Shown here one piece after another: positions 49,900 to 63,183 of a stretch of 64,000 bases of DNA (its first letter is position 1; each line of letters starts with the position of its first letter). The notes under the pieces are model-generated. The model did no database searches. It saw only the letters and a list, made by a program, of their open reading frames with translations, and was not told where the DNA came from. This stretch comes from Octopus sinensis (Eukaryota): contig NC_042997.1 of NCBI RefSeq assembly GCF_006345805.1, positions 100,750,001 to 100,814,000 on the forward strand, written 5' to 3'. Made by a program: the position numbers and the translations under genes.

Positions 49900-51300
49900 T
49901 GAGGGGGAAGTGCCGTCCATTGCATCCGTTAGCGACGGGCTTGGTTCTGACTTTATATACGATCTAAGGCATTGTCGTCGGCAAAAGGATTAACGTTGCT
50001 TTAGCCGAAGTTTTTCAAGCGCAAAGATGCTTTCGTAGAACCATCTCTACAGAATTGACTCTAGGAAAGTCGTATCGGCAATTACTAGAAAAGAGAAAAG
50101 TGCCCAAAGAATAAGCAACATGGTTGATTGCAATATTTTCTCCTCATATTTCAGATACTAGAACTAAGCACGATATGATACCAATTATAGGGTTACAGAT
50201 ATTATCTTTCTTGAATATGGAACACCTCGACGTATGATACCCAAAATTCTAGAGGCATCCGTAGAAAGAAAAAGGTTTGACGAATTTGTTGAAGGTAGAG
50301 TGCGAGTGTTTGAGGAGAATATAAGGAACTCCTTTGAAGTTGGTTACCTTGCTAGGATGAAGTATCTACTGAAGATTTGGCACTTCATTATTTGATTGTA
50401 TGTAGAAAGGAGGCAGAAAGAGCGAGAGCAGAAGATCTAGAAGCCCTTATTATATATATATATATTAAAGAGAACTGGAAGAAAAGGTGACTACAAAAGT
50501 GATGATTCCTTGGTGTCGATTAAAACGGCTTAAGCAGCTATTTTAGTTGAGTAATGGATGAGTAGATAGATTTCTAAAGTTAAAATCGTCACGGCAAAGA
50601 ACCATCTGATCCCAGCGTGAAAGGAGAATAAGAGAGCTTAGTGGAAGTGCAATATTCTTTGCTTTGCTAATGCTAATCTTGCATATCCTCTGATGATGAG
50701 TTAACGTTCCCCAGCTAGAGAATGATAGGAGCCTTCTTGACAGTTTTCTCACTAATACTGCTACAGTGTTAAGGCATGTAGCCTAGTGACTGGGCGGCGC
50801 GTTGTGTTCTTGAGCAAAACACTTCATTTCACGTTGCTCCAGTCTCTCTTTCAATCAAGAGTGGCGTCATTTAAAGACAATGCAATAGCGCATTGTAACC
50901 AGCGACGTATAACAACATCTGATAGTCTGGTCGATCACATGATTGCTTGTGATAGCCACAGTGTGGCTGCGCTCGGATTTCTTAAACATTCTGGGTTGGG
51001 TGAGAGAAATGGATAGAAGCCTTAAGGATAGAAGCCTTAAGCCGCTTAGTTATCAGTAATAGCCCAAAGTGGAAGCTTATATCTGTAGTCAGCGTATGAT
51101 TGATGAAACGCCAAGCATTAGATTTCTTAAAATGAGAGTGGATTATGGAGGAAGAGGTTGTTGTCTGATGGGTTGCTTTGATTAGGTATAATGATCGGAT
51201 AACAAAGTGTTACGAGTAGAATGACGAGCTAAAAATTGGGCTTGTAGGAAAGGAAGAGAGTCGAATATTGGTCAGGGATATCGATAGGTGTCGAAATGAA
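49900..51300 (-). mobile_element. Highly degraded non-LTR RT remnant
   Basis: FADD motif at 49974-85 on the minus strand; other motifs only vaguely recognisable. Confidence 0.3.
50770..50945 (+). mobile_element. Deleted tRNA-derived SINE (family C)
   Basis: GGCATGTAGCCTAGTG head and GTGTTCTTGAGCAAAACACTTCATTTCAC core. Confidence 0.5.
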
Positions 51301-51784
51301 CTAGTGTAAACAGTTCAATATGACAAATGTCTCAGTCTCTGTGCAAACAATGTCAGTATAGGTTAAAAACAATTAAATGAGTAAAAAGAAGCTGAAAAAG
51401 CTGTTTCACTGAAACTATCAAAGATGAAGCATCTGATAGAAATCCTTGGTACATAAAGAATAATGATTGAACAATTATTGGATTTTAGAGAAGATTTTAG
51501 TCCAGGAGGACGATAGGCAGAGTAGGTGAGCTTTCAAGAATGGAAGGGGTTTGATCGGTGTTTTCCAACTATTTTCTTTTACTTGTGAATCACTTTGATT
51601 CGTATTTTACTCGACATTATTTTACTAACCATTCGATGTTTAAAAATATCTGTTATATTTGTATAATTAAATATTACTAGGAATTGTATAAAAGTAATTA
51701 TTATATTTTGTATATATATATATATATAATAATATGTACTAATATAATGTGTATTATATAATATATAGGTAGTGGGTAGCGATT

Positions 51785-52130
51785 TTCTTCACTACTTCAG
51801 GGAGTAACGACCCTGATTGACACGAGTCCCAGGCTCAGCTGGCTCCGGCTGAGAGTACCCGGTATGGGCGTCTATCCAGGGTTACGGAAAGGAGACAATA
51901 TTCAAAGAAATCCGGAGTGGAGCCCCGTAGGCGGTTTAGAGTTCGACTCGACACTCTTTCGGCAGCTCCTGCAACCAAGCTGGTGCCAAACGTAATGCTC
52001 TGCACTCCTTTGGACTACGTCAGCAAGGTCGAGAGAGAAATCCTGACGATTGGGCTACCCAGGATTTTCTTACATCTAGCCCAGGCCTGCGCAAAACTGG
52101 TGAGGAAACTGGAGAAGACATGAAATGTAA
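51785..52130 (+). mobile_element. GC-rich fragment resembling an RTE LINE 5' region
   Basis: GC-rich island with GGCAGCTCCTGCAACCAAGCTGGTGCCAAACG-type sequence (from recall); no RT. Confidence 0.4.
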
Positions 52131-53219
52131 AAACCAGACTGGATTAGTTTATGCGCAACTCCATTGTCTTCCGAGACAAAAGGATGCCAATATAATATAT
52201 AATAATATAATGTGTATAATTTATATATATGTAAATTATAACCAATTTATTGCAAATAAATTTAAACAACCAAACCTTACATGGAATCTCAAGGGGCATA
52301 TGGAACCCGGTTGAGGACCACTGAGTGTGAGAGTAAGGATGTAAAGATACAAAAGTTATTGACAGAAGCCAGATTACAAGTTTTCTCTTGGTGAATTTTT
52401 TTTCAACTAATTATCTAATACTTCAATATAATTCTACATAGACAAACACGGTTTCTTCTATGAGTAATGCTTAGGTCAATTGCAAAGAAACTGTGGTGTA
52501 CGGCTGACAGGCACCTGTTTAAGATGATATGTGGAAATATGAGTCAGCGAAATTTGCAGACCTAGAGAAAAATTTCTCCTTTTCCTACGTCGGTTCATTT
52601 AATTTATCTGTTTATGTAACTATATTGAATGCTCGAATCCTTTTAGATTTAAATGTAATAAGTATTCTGAAAAGGTGAAATAAAAAAATGCAAAACAACA
52701 ACAACAAAAAAGAAAAAAAGCAAAGTATCACCAATACCCCACCGAGAAAAAATATCGGGAAAATAATAAAAAAACCACCAAAGAAAGAACAAAAATAAAA
52801 ATACTAATAACAATGTGTTTCACTTATACTGACACTCCTCATAGATATTTATACGATTCACACACACACATTCACACGCATACTCACATACGCACATAGA
52901 CACACACACAAGCACCACACACAAACACACACACATACACACATGTGTAAAAGTATGTGTTGTGCAACAAATCACCGAAGCAAGATTATGTCAATTTCTC
53001 TCTTCATTTCTTCCTCTTTTCCTTTGTTTCTTTCTTTCTCCCTTCCCTCCTTTTGTCATTCCTTTCTTTCATTGATATATTTTTCCCTTTTTTATCTTTT
53101 TCCACCTGCCATAGACAGAACCCATATATGCCTACTCAATATCATTTACAATTGTACTGCAAGTATTTTTTTTCCTTTTCTATTTTACTACTACATAAAT
53201 CCTTATATGGCCATATCAG

Positions 53220-53336
53220 CCAAGTAGAACTGATTGATCAAACGTACTGTCAGTACACATTTCCACGATCTCTATCAAAGTAACAGCATGGATAACAAAG
53301 CCTTTGATGGATCAGATATTCAAAATGGAAAAGCAG
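53220..53336 (+). CDS. Candidate first coding exon of the next gene (ATG 53288: MDNKAFDGSDIQNGKA, phase-1 donor)
   Basis: Pyrimidine tract plus AG at 53218-19, Kozak-like AGCATGG, and CAG|GTAACT donor. Confidence 0.4.
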
Positions 53337-53615
53337 GTAACTTATTTTCGACTGTATATATATATATATATTTCGACTGTATATATATTCATAATTATAC
53401 ACACACACACATATATATGTATATCTATGCATATGTATATTATATATAATATAAAGATAATCCAAACAAGAAAACAAAAAAAAAAAACAAAAAAGACAAC
53501 ACGCAAGGAGGTGGAACAATTAAAGTATTATTAGGCGCTCAGGAAAAAAGGGAATTATTTGTATATATATATAAATATATATTGTTTTATATAATATATA
53601 TATATTATATATGTA

Positions 53616-53702
<87 letters not shown>

Positions 53703-53733
53703 TTATATGTATATATATATATATATGTATATA

Positions 53734-53821
<88 letters not shown>

Positions 53822-53829
53822 TATAATCT

Positions 53830-54054
53830 CTTTTATTCTTTTAGTTGTTTCAGTCATTTGACAGTGGCCATGCTGGAGCACCGCCTTTAATCGAGCAAAT
53901 CGACCCCAGGACTTATTCTTTGTAAGCCCAGTACTTATTCTGTCGGTCTCTTTTGCTGAACACACATACATACATACATACATACATACATACATACATA
54001 CATACATACATACATACATACATGCATGCATACATACATACATACATACATACA

Positions 54055-54090
<36 letters not shown>

Positions 54091-54193
54091 CGACGGGTTC
54101 TTTCAGTTTCTGTCTACCAAATCCACTCACAAGGCTTGTGGTTGGTAAGCAAGCTACTTACCACATTATCACATTACCACACAGCCCCTCCTA

Positions 54194-54195
<2 letters not shown>
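53830..54195 (-). mobile_element. SINE family B with internal deletions
   Basis: Tail, (TACA)n and head fragments. Confidence 0.8.
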
Positions 54196-54235
<40 letters not shown>

Positions 54236-54337
54236 ATATGTTACATACTCGGTAATGTAACATATTGTATAGATAATTTCCTCTATTTACATAATATTGA
54301 GGTCTCTTCTTTCTTTCTTTTGTTATCTTACCGTTTT

Positions 54338-54395
<58 letters not shown>

Positions 54396-54536
54396 TATAT
54401 GAATATATATAGGGATGAATAATCTTGTTGCAGATTATTCAATCGGAATTTGGTAAATTGTGGCTTTCGAAACACGTGTAGAATGCAATAAAAGGATTTC
54501 TGTTCAATCTTCGTTCAACTCTCCTTTTCTTCATCA

Positions 54537-54614
<78 letters not shown>

Positions 54615-54838
54615 ATCTATATATATAGATAGTGAATGAAAGATGAATAATCTTGTTGTAGATTAATCAAAAGTTAACCGATACCTTAGTAGCAAAAATC
54701 ACAGCAGTAAACAGCACGGTTGGAGGTACAACCATCTGGCGTTGCAACCGTGCGTTGGTGCGGATAATTGAAATTAAACATTATTGGTGAATTGAAGAAA
54801 TGGAGCTGAACGCAGATTGAACAGAAATCGTTTTATTT

Positions 54839-54922
54839 CATTCTACACGTGTTTCGAAAGGCACAAATTACCAAAATCCGATTGAATAATGGGACCATAT
54901 TGTGTCTTTCTCTTCAGGAAGA
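54839..54922 (-). ncRNA. Type-I hammerhead with long stem II (F3 left)
   Basis: CUUC-CUGAAGA-GAAAGACACAA...UUGUGCCUUUC-GAAACACGUGUA|GAAUG. Canonical G10.1-C11.1; 8-nt palindrome ACACGUGU in stem III. Confidence 0.75.
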
Positions 54923-55692
54923 AAAAAGGAAATCCGTTAGAGAAACAAAAACAGAACAGAGACGGAGCAAAAACCAAATCGAACTATGCTCCTAAGAGCC
55001 CATGGCGAAACTGTTTATCAGTGTATGCTGAGAACCGGTGGCTGAAGAATTCTTTTTCGATGCCCCCATTGGCGGCGTTACACTTATCTGGCTTTTAAAT
55101 AGCGTTTATAAATAATACCGGCACCCATAGCCCTTGGTACAAATTCTGAATAGCCTTAAGATATCTACGATTATCCACTGCAAGGGGAATTACTCCTGTA
55201 AGACAACGGGGCTTGGTTTTTTTCACAGCGGGGGGTTTCCTTGACAAGGCAGGCTCAGATGAACACACCACACTAAAACATAATATATATATATTTTTTT
55301 CTTTCTGCCACCCAACGGTTATCACGGCAGTAGCCACTGACAGCCGAACGATCAAACGCACACACGTACACAAAAGTGTTTTCTACCCCTACGCCAACAC
55401 ACACATATATAGAACAGTATACACACACACACGTCTCTAAGTAGATTTTTTCTCGCCCCTTATAAAACATCCAATATTCCTTAAATAGTCAGAACTTTAT
55501 TCTCGGTCACTAAGAACATCTATACACCCTCACCCACATGATTGACCGATGCCTGACCTGTAGAATTCTTCAGCCACCGGTTCTCAGCATACACTGATAA
55601 ACAGTTTCGCCATGGGCTCTTAGGAGCATAGTTCGATTTGGTTTTTGCTCCGTCTCTGTTCTGTTTTTGTTTCTCTAACGGATTTCCTTTTT

Positions 55693-55778
55693 CCTTCCTG
55701 AAGAGAAAGACACAATATGGTCCCATTATTCAATCGGATTTTGGTAATTTGTGCCTTTCGAAACACACGTGTAGAATG
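55693..55778 (+). ncRNA. Type-I hammerhead with long stem II (F3 right)
   Basis: Same fold with an extra AC in stem III; GUA cleavage predicted after 55773. Confidence 0.7.
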
Positions 55779-55988
55779 AAATAAAACGATTTCTGTTCAA
55801 TCTGCGTTCAGGTCCATTTCTTCAATTCACCAATAATGTTTTAATTTCAATTATCCGCACCAACGCACGGTTGCAACGCCAGATGGTTGTACCTCCAACC
55901 GTGCTGTTTTCTGCTGTGATTTTTGCTACTAAGGCATCGGTTAACTTTTGATTAATCTACAACAAGATTATTCATCTTTCTATTTCAC

Positions 55989-56161
<173 letters not shown>

Positions 56162-56185
56162 ATATATACATATGTGCGTAGACGA

Positions 56186-56500
56186 GGAGGCACATGACCT
56201 AGTGGTTAGAGCAGCTAACTCGCGGTCGAGGTATCGCGGGTTCGAATTTCAGACCGGACGATGTGTGTGTTTACGAGCGAAATACCTAAGCTCCACACGG
56301 CTCCGGCAGAAGGTAATGGTAAACTTCTGCAGACTCTTTCGCCACAACTTTCTCTCACTCTTTCCTCCTGCATCTTGCAGTTCACCTGCGACGGACCGAC
56401 GTCCCGTCCAAGTGGGAAACCAATACGTCAATGAAACCAAGGAGACCGGCCATTATGAGCTAGGCATGGCTCGAGAAGGAGCAAACAACTGTCGACAACA
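56186..56500 (+). mobile_element. tRNA-derived SINE family D
   Basis: A box TGACCTAGTGG (56195), B box GGTTCGAAT (56239), tail GGCATGGCTCGAGAAGGAGCAAACAAC. Confidence 0.7.
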
Positions 56501-56966
56501 ATGTTGTTGAAAGTGGCTTCGAAGTTTCGGTCAGCTGAGACATCGTCGGACGTAGGAGTGGACGAAATGCCGCTATGCATTTTGCCCGGCATGCTAATGC
56601 TTCTGCCACCTCGCCGCCCTAATATGTTTGTATATAAATACATACATACAGATTGCATTTCAAATATTTATTTATATATTTCGTCATATCTATAAACACG
56701 CGTCGTTTTATTTACAAGTGTATTGGTATATTTTGTTTTGTGTATAAATATATTTTGTTTACATTTAAAGTGTATTTCAATTAATTCAAATTAATTTCTC
56801 ATTAAAAAAAACAATACCAATGTTTTTATCTTAAATGACTGCTGACTCAGAATCTCTGATATTCAAGAAATATTTTAATTTTAAAAGCATCATAAAAATA
56901 CTAGGAATTATATTAATGTTTAAAATTATATATATATATACACACACACACCACACACAACATATA

Positions 56967-57030
<64 letters not shown>

Positions 57031-57162
57031 CTATATATATAATATACATATATATATATATTATATATATGTATATATATACATATATATAATATATATA
57101 TATATATATATACATAATATATATATATATACATACATACATAATATATATATATATAATAT

Positions 57163-57245
<83 letters not shown>

Positions 57246-57359
57246 TGTTTTTGTTATTTTCATATTTCAAGATTTATATCATAGTTGTAAGCGTGAGCAT
57301 TCAAGTTACGCACACACACACACACGCACACGCACGCACGCACGCACGCACGCACGCAT

Positions 57360-57414
<55 letters not shown>

Positions 57415-57417
57415 CGA

Positions 57418-57450
<33 letters not shown>

Positions 57451-57474
57451 TTCTTTTACACAGACACGCCAGCG

Positions 57475-57512
<38 letters not shown>

Positions 57513-57870
57513 TAGATAGATAGATAGATAGATAGCTATAGATAGATAAATAGATAAAGCATATATAATATATATATATATCAATATATTATATTTAAAT
57601 ACATAATTATATAATTATATATTATTTTATATATACGTAAATATATAAATAAAAGATCTATCTATATAATAATAAATAATTTGGACAAAGAAATTTATGT
57701 CGGTTAGCGTGTTTAAATGTTGAATACAGCACTGGTACAGTTTAGGCTACCTGTTGTCATCCGCAGTTGTGGTATACTTTTGCTGGATCTACCTCAGGAA
57801 TTCTGCAGTAGCAGTTAGGGTAATAGCATTAATTGAAAGGAGATGGATTTCGTATTAGACCTTTATTGGG

Positions 57871-57915
57871 TACTACTTACGTTTCGACCCATCAGTCTGG
57901 ATCTCTTCAGGTATA
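57871..57915 (-). ncRNA. Candidate minimal hammerhead, solo (F4)
   Basis: CUGAAGA-GAUCCA(gacuga)UGGGUC-GAAACGUA; stem I pairs only with a 1-nt offset. Confidence 0.5.
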
Positions 57916-58157
57916 TTGATAATGATGTCCAACAAGAGATTTTTAGTGTCGGATGGCTTGTTGTTATGTACCCATCAAGTTAGAGAATGAATAAAAGCAA
58001 ATAATATTATAGAAACGCAAAAAATCAATGTGAATGTGGAAATCTTGCGTCCAGTTTAGATAACTAACCTAATCGGCTTTCGCTGTCATATATGTATATA
58101 TATATATATTATATAATTGATATATATATATATATATATCTATGTATATATATATGT

Positions 58158-58260
<103 letters not shown>

Positions 58261-58264
58261 ATGT

Positions 58265-58317
<53 letters not shown>

Positions 58318-58390
58318 TATATGTATATATATGTATATATATATGTATATATATATGTATATATATATGTATGTATATATATATAATATA

Positions 58391-59285
58391 ATAAGCAACA
58401 GGATATCAAGAAGTGATGCGGTACGACCGTTTCAAGCGACTCCATTTAATTGAACAATGCAATCATTACACCAATTTAAATGCAGGGCTATCACCAGCTG
58501 CACAAATATATAGAATCAGAAGTAAATAATTAGAAATAAATAATTAATGAATGAATATCAAACTGATTCTATGCAATCTTTCCTTTTTAATGTTGAAAAT
58601 TGATATATATATATAAATTGATATATATATATATATACATTTTTATCTATTTTGGTATGATATCATTTTTTATAATCTTAAATTTTATCTTTATACAACA
58701 TAACAATATTGTTTATAAACAATCACCCATAGTACCCCATGATAAAATTTCCTCTGTATTAACATCATAGGTTTTATTAGCGTGTTGCCCCTTTAACTGG
58801 TAATTAATATCATGATTTAGAGTCTTCCCCTACCCAGCCTCCTTTATAGACAGTTACTTTATACCCAATTTACTATTCCTAATATCTTGACAATATTTAT
58901 GATCATACCTAGCCATGAGCTGTCAACTCATTCTTGCCTTTCATACCAAACAGACACAGTCCGCTAGTCTTAGATTTAGTAGTTGATAAAAGACAAATAA
59001 ATTAGAAATGAACCACAATCCTTTACAAGCTATGACCCCAGTAAGCTTCATGCTTTTCTTGAAAGTGTAGTATATATATTCTTAGCTACAATAGCGACAA
59101 CATCGATTTCTTCCATCTTCTTGCTCTGTGAAATAATATTAATGTGTCCGACTGATTAAAATTCTATTTATTTGTGCAGCTATGATAGCCCTGCATTTAA
59201 ATTGGTGTAATGATTGCATTGTTCAATTAAATGGAGCCGCTTGAAACGGTCGTACTGCATCCTTTCTTGATATCCTGTTGCTTAT
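58391..59285. mobile_element. Fold-back element F5: ~125-bp inverted arms with degenerate HHRs
   Basis: Arms 58391-58516 and 59161-59285. HHR motifs at 58417-58502 (-) and 59175-59259 (+). Confidence 0.8.
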
Positions 59286-59674
59286 TTTGCTTTTATTCCC
59301 CTTCGAGGTGTGCGGATAATACTGGACTGACTTGGTGCTTCAACTTAAGTACCTAATTCAACTGAATCTCAATTATTTCGTACACCACACACACACACAC
59401 ACAACACACACACACACACACACACACACACCACACACACACACATACCTATATATATTCAAGTGTGGCTGTGTGGAAAAAGCCTGCTATCCAGCCACAT
59501 GGCTCCGGCTTCGGTCCCATTGCGTTCACCTTGGTCGTCAAAGCCTTGTGACTGGATTTGGTAGACGGAAACTGAAAAAAAGTATATACACACACACACA
59601 CACCACACACACACACACACACAACACATATATATACACACACACCACACACACACACATATATATATATATAT

Positions 59675-59744
<70 letters not shown>

Positions 59745-59749
<5 letters not shown>

Positions 59750-60148
59750 TGGCTGTGTGGTAAGTAGCTTGCTAACCAACCACATGGTTCTGGGTTCAAT
59801 CCCACTGCGTGGCATCTTGGGCAAGTGTCTTCTGCTATACCCCCGGGCCGACCAATGCCTTGTGAGTGGATTTGGTAGACGGAAACTGAAAGAAGCCTGT
59901 CGTATATATGTATATATATATATGTATGTGTGTGTGTGTTTGTGTGTCTGTGTTTGTCCCCCTAGCATTGCTTGACAACCGATGCTGGTGTGTGTTTACG
60001 TCCCCGTCTCTTAGCGGTTCGGCAAAAGAGACCGATAGAATAAGTACTGGGCTTACAAAGAATAAGTCCCGGGGTCGATTTGCTCGACTAAAGGCGGTGC
60101 TCCAGTATGGCCGCAGTCAAATGACTGAAACAAGTAAAAGAGTAAAAG
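59745..60148 (+). mobile_element. SINE family B, full length (partial copies at about 59458-59580 and 60300-60545)
   Basis: Head-to-tail match. Confidence 0.9.
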
Positions 60149-60163
60149 AGTATACATACATAT

Positions 60164-60219
<56 letters not shown>

Positions 60220-61128
60220 TATATACACATACATATATATATATATACATATACATATATATATACATATACATATATATTATACATATATATGTGTGTG
60301 TGTGTGTGCATGCGTGCGTGCGTGTGTCTACGTTTGTCCTCCCAACATCGCTTGACAACAGGTGTTGGTGAGACTACATCTCCACAACTTATACGGGTCC
60401 ACAACTTAGCGGTTCGGCAAGCGGTCGATATAATAAGTACTAAGGTTTAAAAGAATGAGTCCTGAGATCGATTTCTTCGACTTAATGGTGGTGCCCCAGC
60501 TTGGTCGCCGTCGAATGACTGAGAGAAGTAAAAGAATAAAAGAATAATTTGGATATACTACTTAGGAGGTATGTCTTCTTAAATGAAATTAATATTGTTC
60601 CATGATTGCAATATTCTGCATGAAAAGAATCAGGGGAAGAGAAAAAAAAAAGAGAGACAACAAATCTCGAGAAAGTGTTTTAAAAGAAAATAAAAACTAA
60701 AGAAATACATTTTTGTTGGTCGTCTAAATAACTGGATATTTAGACTCGGATAATTAGTGTAAAGTCAACTTTGAATTAACAATGGTGTCTATGCTAAATG
60801 CGAATTCAATATTGTTTGCTGTTTGTTTTAAAGAGAGAAACGGTTGATTTTTCTCATTCACATCGACAACATGCTTTCGTTTAAAAAACCTAACCAGTTC
60901 TAGAAAAAGTGCAATGAGTGCAATTATTTGTTCTCATTACAAGTTTTCTTAATGAAACCGCCCAAAATGTTTAGATTGTGTCTTTTTATTTGTTTGACCT
61001 CAATTACTGATTATACATTCATCGATAAGAAATTTCTATAATTTTCAAATCATGACACATGATGTGACATTACGCCATTCATAGATTTTCAATGTATGTA
61101 CGGACACACGTTCACAAGTATTCACACA

Positions 61129-61198
<70 letters not shown>

Positions 61199-61215
61199 AC
61201 ACACACACACACACG

Positions 61216-61254
<39 letters not shown>

Positions 61255-61259
<5 letters not shown>

Positions 61260-61473
61260 AATCCTTTCTACTAGAGGTACTGTGCTTGAAATTTTGTTGG
61301 AGGGGCGCTAGTCGATTACATCGAGTCCAGTGTTCAACAGGTGCTTATTTCATCAACAAAGAAAGGATGAAAGGCATAAACCGACCTTGGTAGAATTTGA
61401 ACTCAGCACGTAAGGACGGACGAAATGTCACTAAGCATTTTGTTCGGCGTGCTAGCGATTCTGCCAGCTCACC

Positions 61474-61475
<2 letters not shown>
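61255..61475 (-). mobile_element. SINE family A
   Basis: Core and head match. Confidence 0.8.
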
Positions 61476-61549
<74 letters not shown>

Positions 61550-61551
61550 GT

Positions 61552-61583
<32 letters not shown>

Positions 61584-61999
61584 TAACACGCACATACATA
61601 CACATATATATTATTTGTGTATATGAATGTATACATCTATCTATATATTGTGTTTGCGAAGTGTCAAAATTAATAAATGCTATAAACGCACTCAACGGCT
61701 GTAACATATTTCTTTTCTTATTCCTTTTCAAAGTATTTGTTGTTTGCTTACGTAACCCCAAATATTTTTTCCCTGTACCGATCAATAAGCGTAGATTCTT
61801 TTAGGTACTTGGTTTTTAGATTTCAGTTGATTTTGCATTACCCATAGGCGTAAGCACGTGAGCTAATTTCCATTGGAGTAAATGGGAGTTTTGTTTATTT
61901 ACTTTACGCCCTTTCGTTGTCAGCATAAGAACAGGTTTTGTGTGCATTCTTGTATATTGGTTGACTTGTTTTTGGCCTTATTCTATCATTATTATATCA

Positions 62000-62337
62000 T
62001 CAGCAGTATCGCCCGGCATTGCTCGGGTTTGTTTCGACCCTTTAGAATTGGAATTTTTGCATTATGTAGCTTGTTATTCTCTTTAAGTGAACATTTTTCT
62101 AGTTGAAATACATCGAAAAATGGCGACACAGCAGTCAAAAAATCGTAAAAGAATAGGGATTTTCATAGAAAGAAAGCACCTTTTTGATGTAAATAATTTT
62201 TGGTGTTAACATGGTCCGATTTGAATTTTTTCTCAATTTTGGTCAACTTGCGCCGCAGGGTCTCGGAGGAGACAGTGTTAGTTGAAAGATATCAAACCTG
62301 CCATACACAGACAACTTCATCTTTATATATATAGAGA
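62000..62337 (-). mobile_element. Non-autonomous Helitron-like element
   Basis: Minus strand starts A|TCTCTATATATATAAAG. 3' CCCGA..CCGGG hairpin (62012-27) is related to the 9337 end; CTAG is degenerate. Confidence 0.55.
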
Positions 62338-63183
62338 TTTTAGGGGAGGTTTGTCATTAGAAAACGTTCTTAGCCCGCTCCCACTTAATTTTAAGAGTGT
62401 TAGGGTTTGTCCGCGATACTTATATAGCTTCTGCAATCTGTTTTAAGTTTGTGTCTTTTATGCGTCTCAAAATAATTTTTACTTCACCATTTTTTACTGA
62501 GACATAGTGTTTCTGTAAGGCATATTGATAGAGTACGGATCTTTGTTTCCTTTTATCGTACTATCCAGTATTCAGCAATCCTTACACAAAGGTTGCGTTA
62601 TGCCTCCCCTATGAAGGTTCATTTATCTCATATGGTACGCAACGTCTCTAGTTTTGTAGCTATTGTTTACCAAACTACAATCTGTCGATGCAACTCTAAG
62701 TCAGTAAAATGGCAGAGGTAACAACACACGAGTGTGAAATGACAGAACATTTTAATGTGCACATGGGTAAGCAATACAACATCCCCTTTCCAAGACGATG
62801 CACTGCTAACCTCCAGGTCACAAACGGTGATAAATCTGCTTTGTATGGAGACTTAGGAAAGACTACAAACCTGCACTGGAACCAGTTATGAGACTGCCCA
62901 TCAGATCAGTTTGCAGAGCGAACATCTTCAACTAAAGTCTATCATATTTTCTTTCAGTTATCGTATGCCCAGTAGTAGAAGTATCTATGACAACATTGAA
63001 GGCTTCCTCAACAAAATCACTGAGTATAACCATTACTATGACCTTACAAATGGCATCATAGGTAGTATGGATGTAATATCAAATATCCATTAATTGATAT
63101 AGATTAGGTAGTAGAAAATTGTGTGGAGGTAATATTTGAGAGCAATGTTGTCATTCGCAATGCCAATGCCAGTGAACTAAAGC

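Larger units (their letters stand above)
54638..55980. mobile_element. Fold-back element F3: ~415-bp inverted arms, 508-bp spacer, inside (TA)n
   Basis: Arms 54638-55053 and 55562-55980 are near-identical reverse complements. Confidence 0.92.

Noticed and set aside
51785-51860. HDV-like ribozyme at an RTE-like 5' end
   Set aside because: Hairpins exist (TCAGGG/CCCTGA, CTCAGC/GCTGAG) but I could not build the nested P1/P2/P3/P1.1 pseudoknot by eye; needs an RNArobo-type search.
56186-56260. tRNA gene calls for SINE heads (here and in families A and B)
   Set aside because: A/B boxes are present but there is no complete cloverleaf, and each continues into a repeated SINE body.
62709-62891. 60-aa ORF MAEVTTHEC...
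   Set aside because: No recognisable motif or consistent splice structure.
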